64,000 nt of DNA from Octopus sinensis (Eukaryota): positions 89,466,001 to 89,530,000 of the forward strand of contig NC_043002.1 of the NCBI RefSeq assembly GCF_006345805.1, in the 5' to 3' direction. Positions within the stretch are counted from its first letter, which is position 1. Each line of letters starts with the position of its first letter. The position numbers were made by a program, and so were the translations under genes. Below are positions 63,070-64,000 of the stretch, piece by piece. Below the pieces are notes generated by a model. The model was not told where the DNA came from. It saw only the letters and a list, made by a program, of their open reading frames with translations, and searched no databases.

Positions 63070-63163
63070 ATGTCATTTTATAAAGAATACAAAGTCTGGA
63101 ACACACAACATAATGTTCAAAAGGAAGTGAAAGCAGAAAGTCTGGAAGATTTGCTCATTAAAG
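63070..63163 (+). CDS. First coding exon of a probable CIDE-N domain protein (DFFA/DFFB/CIDE/Drep family)
   Basis: Acceptor tttag at 63047, in-frame TAA at 63058-63060, then MSFYKEYKVWNTQHNVQKEVKAESLEDLLIK+G and a gtaaat donor at 63164. Resembles the CIDE-N start pattern (PFKV...RKGV.ASSLEEL..K). Too short for the ORF track. Confidence 0.62.
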
Positions 63164-64000
63164 GTAAATTATGACTTTTTTTTTGAAGATAGGATTGTTA
63201 TTGAAATTTGTTAAAATCCAACTTAACTTCTAATTTATTTTGCTTCAAGTTAGCTCTGGCTGAACAGACTTGCAATCAAGTTTTCCATTGTTCTGATAAT
63301 TCTATCAATTTTGTAGTTATTTCTAATAGATTGAACAGCCACGGGGGGGGGGGGGGGTCTCTTGTTGATAAGTGACACTGACATCACAAATTGCACTCTT
63401 ATCTTGATATCTCTAAATCATATTTGAAAGTGATATTGCTGTATTGTCATTATAACTTGTACTAAGACCCTTAAATGATATACATATTTCTTAAAGGCTT
63501 GTTGACTATGTAGAAGGATGAGGTTTGATAAGGTAAGAAAGTAAGGATGTTTCCACAATTTGCTGAGGGATTAGTGGTCCATATTTTATCACTGACATTC
63601 AGTATTTGCAAATCAGAACTGCTTTACTGTATTGGACATTCCTTTAAAGTCTATTTAAAAAAGATCACATACAAATCATATATTTTACACGAATGTCATT
63701 AATCTTTTATCAAAACTCAAAGTTAATGAAAGAAAATTCTAGTTTGACATATTAATTGGACATCTTAGATCACATAGAAATTAACATTTAAAATGAATCT
63801 TTATCAGCTCTATACTGTCTGTTCTTGAAGAATATGAAACTTCTTGCACTGGGTTTGATATGTATGAATACCTATAATACTGGCAACAGCAGAAAATATT
63901 GCAGTTTTAAACAGTTACTGATCTTATGCAGTACTGCAACAAATAATTGTGTATGACACATGGCAGATGCAGGTGATGTCCATTTTCAGTCTTCCATGGT

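Overview
AT-rich animal genomic DNA, almost certainly octopus (inferred from (TA)n tracts and typical octopus SINE and RTE-tail repeats). Host genes are sparse. Two minus-strand coding exons of an RNF34/RFFL (CARP-type, FYVE-like/RING) E3 ligase lie at 1065-2825, with the rest of the gene left of the window. One plus-strand first coding exon of a probable CIDE-N protein (DFFA/DFFB/CIDE family) lies at 63070-63163. Everything between is transposon-rich intronic or intergenic DNA: RTE and CR1/L2 LINE pieces, tRNA-derived SINEs, Penelope-like elements, Helitron pieces, and Merlin-like and piggyBac-like MITEs. The main hidden signal is a dense set of type I hammerhead ribozyme (HHR) motifs. A ~482-491 bp tandem repeat at 49835-51256 carries one complete HHR per full unit and looks like a non-LTR retrozyme (self-cleaving, potentially circular RNA) array. 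About ten HHR motifs from several families occur in the window. Most have a long inserted stem II and a palindromic stem III; one family shows compensatory base changes. Several sit in 5'-to-5' inverted insertions within (TA)n. All structures were folded by eye and no database searches were possible.
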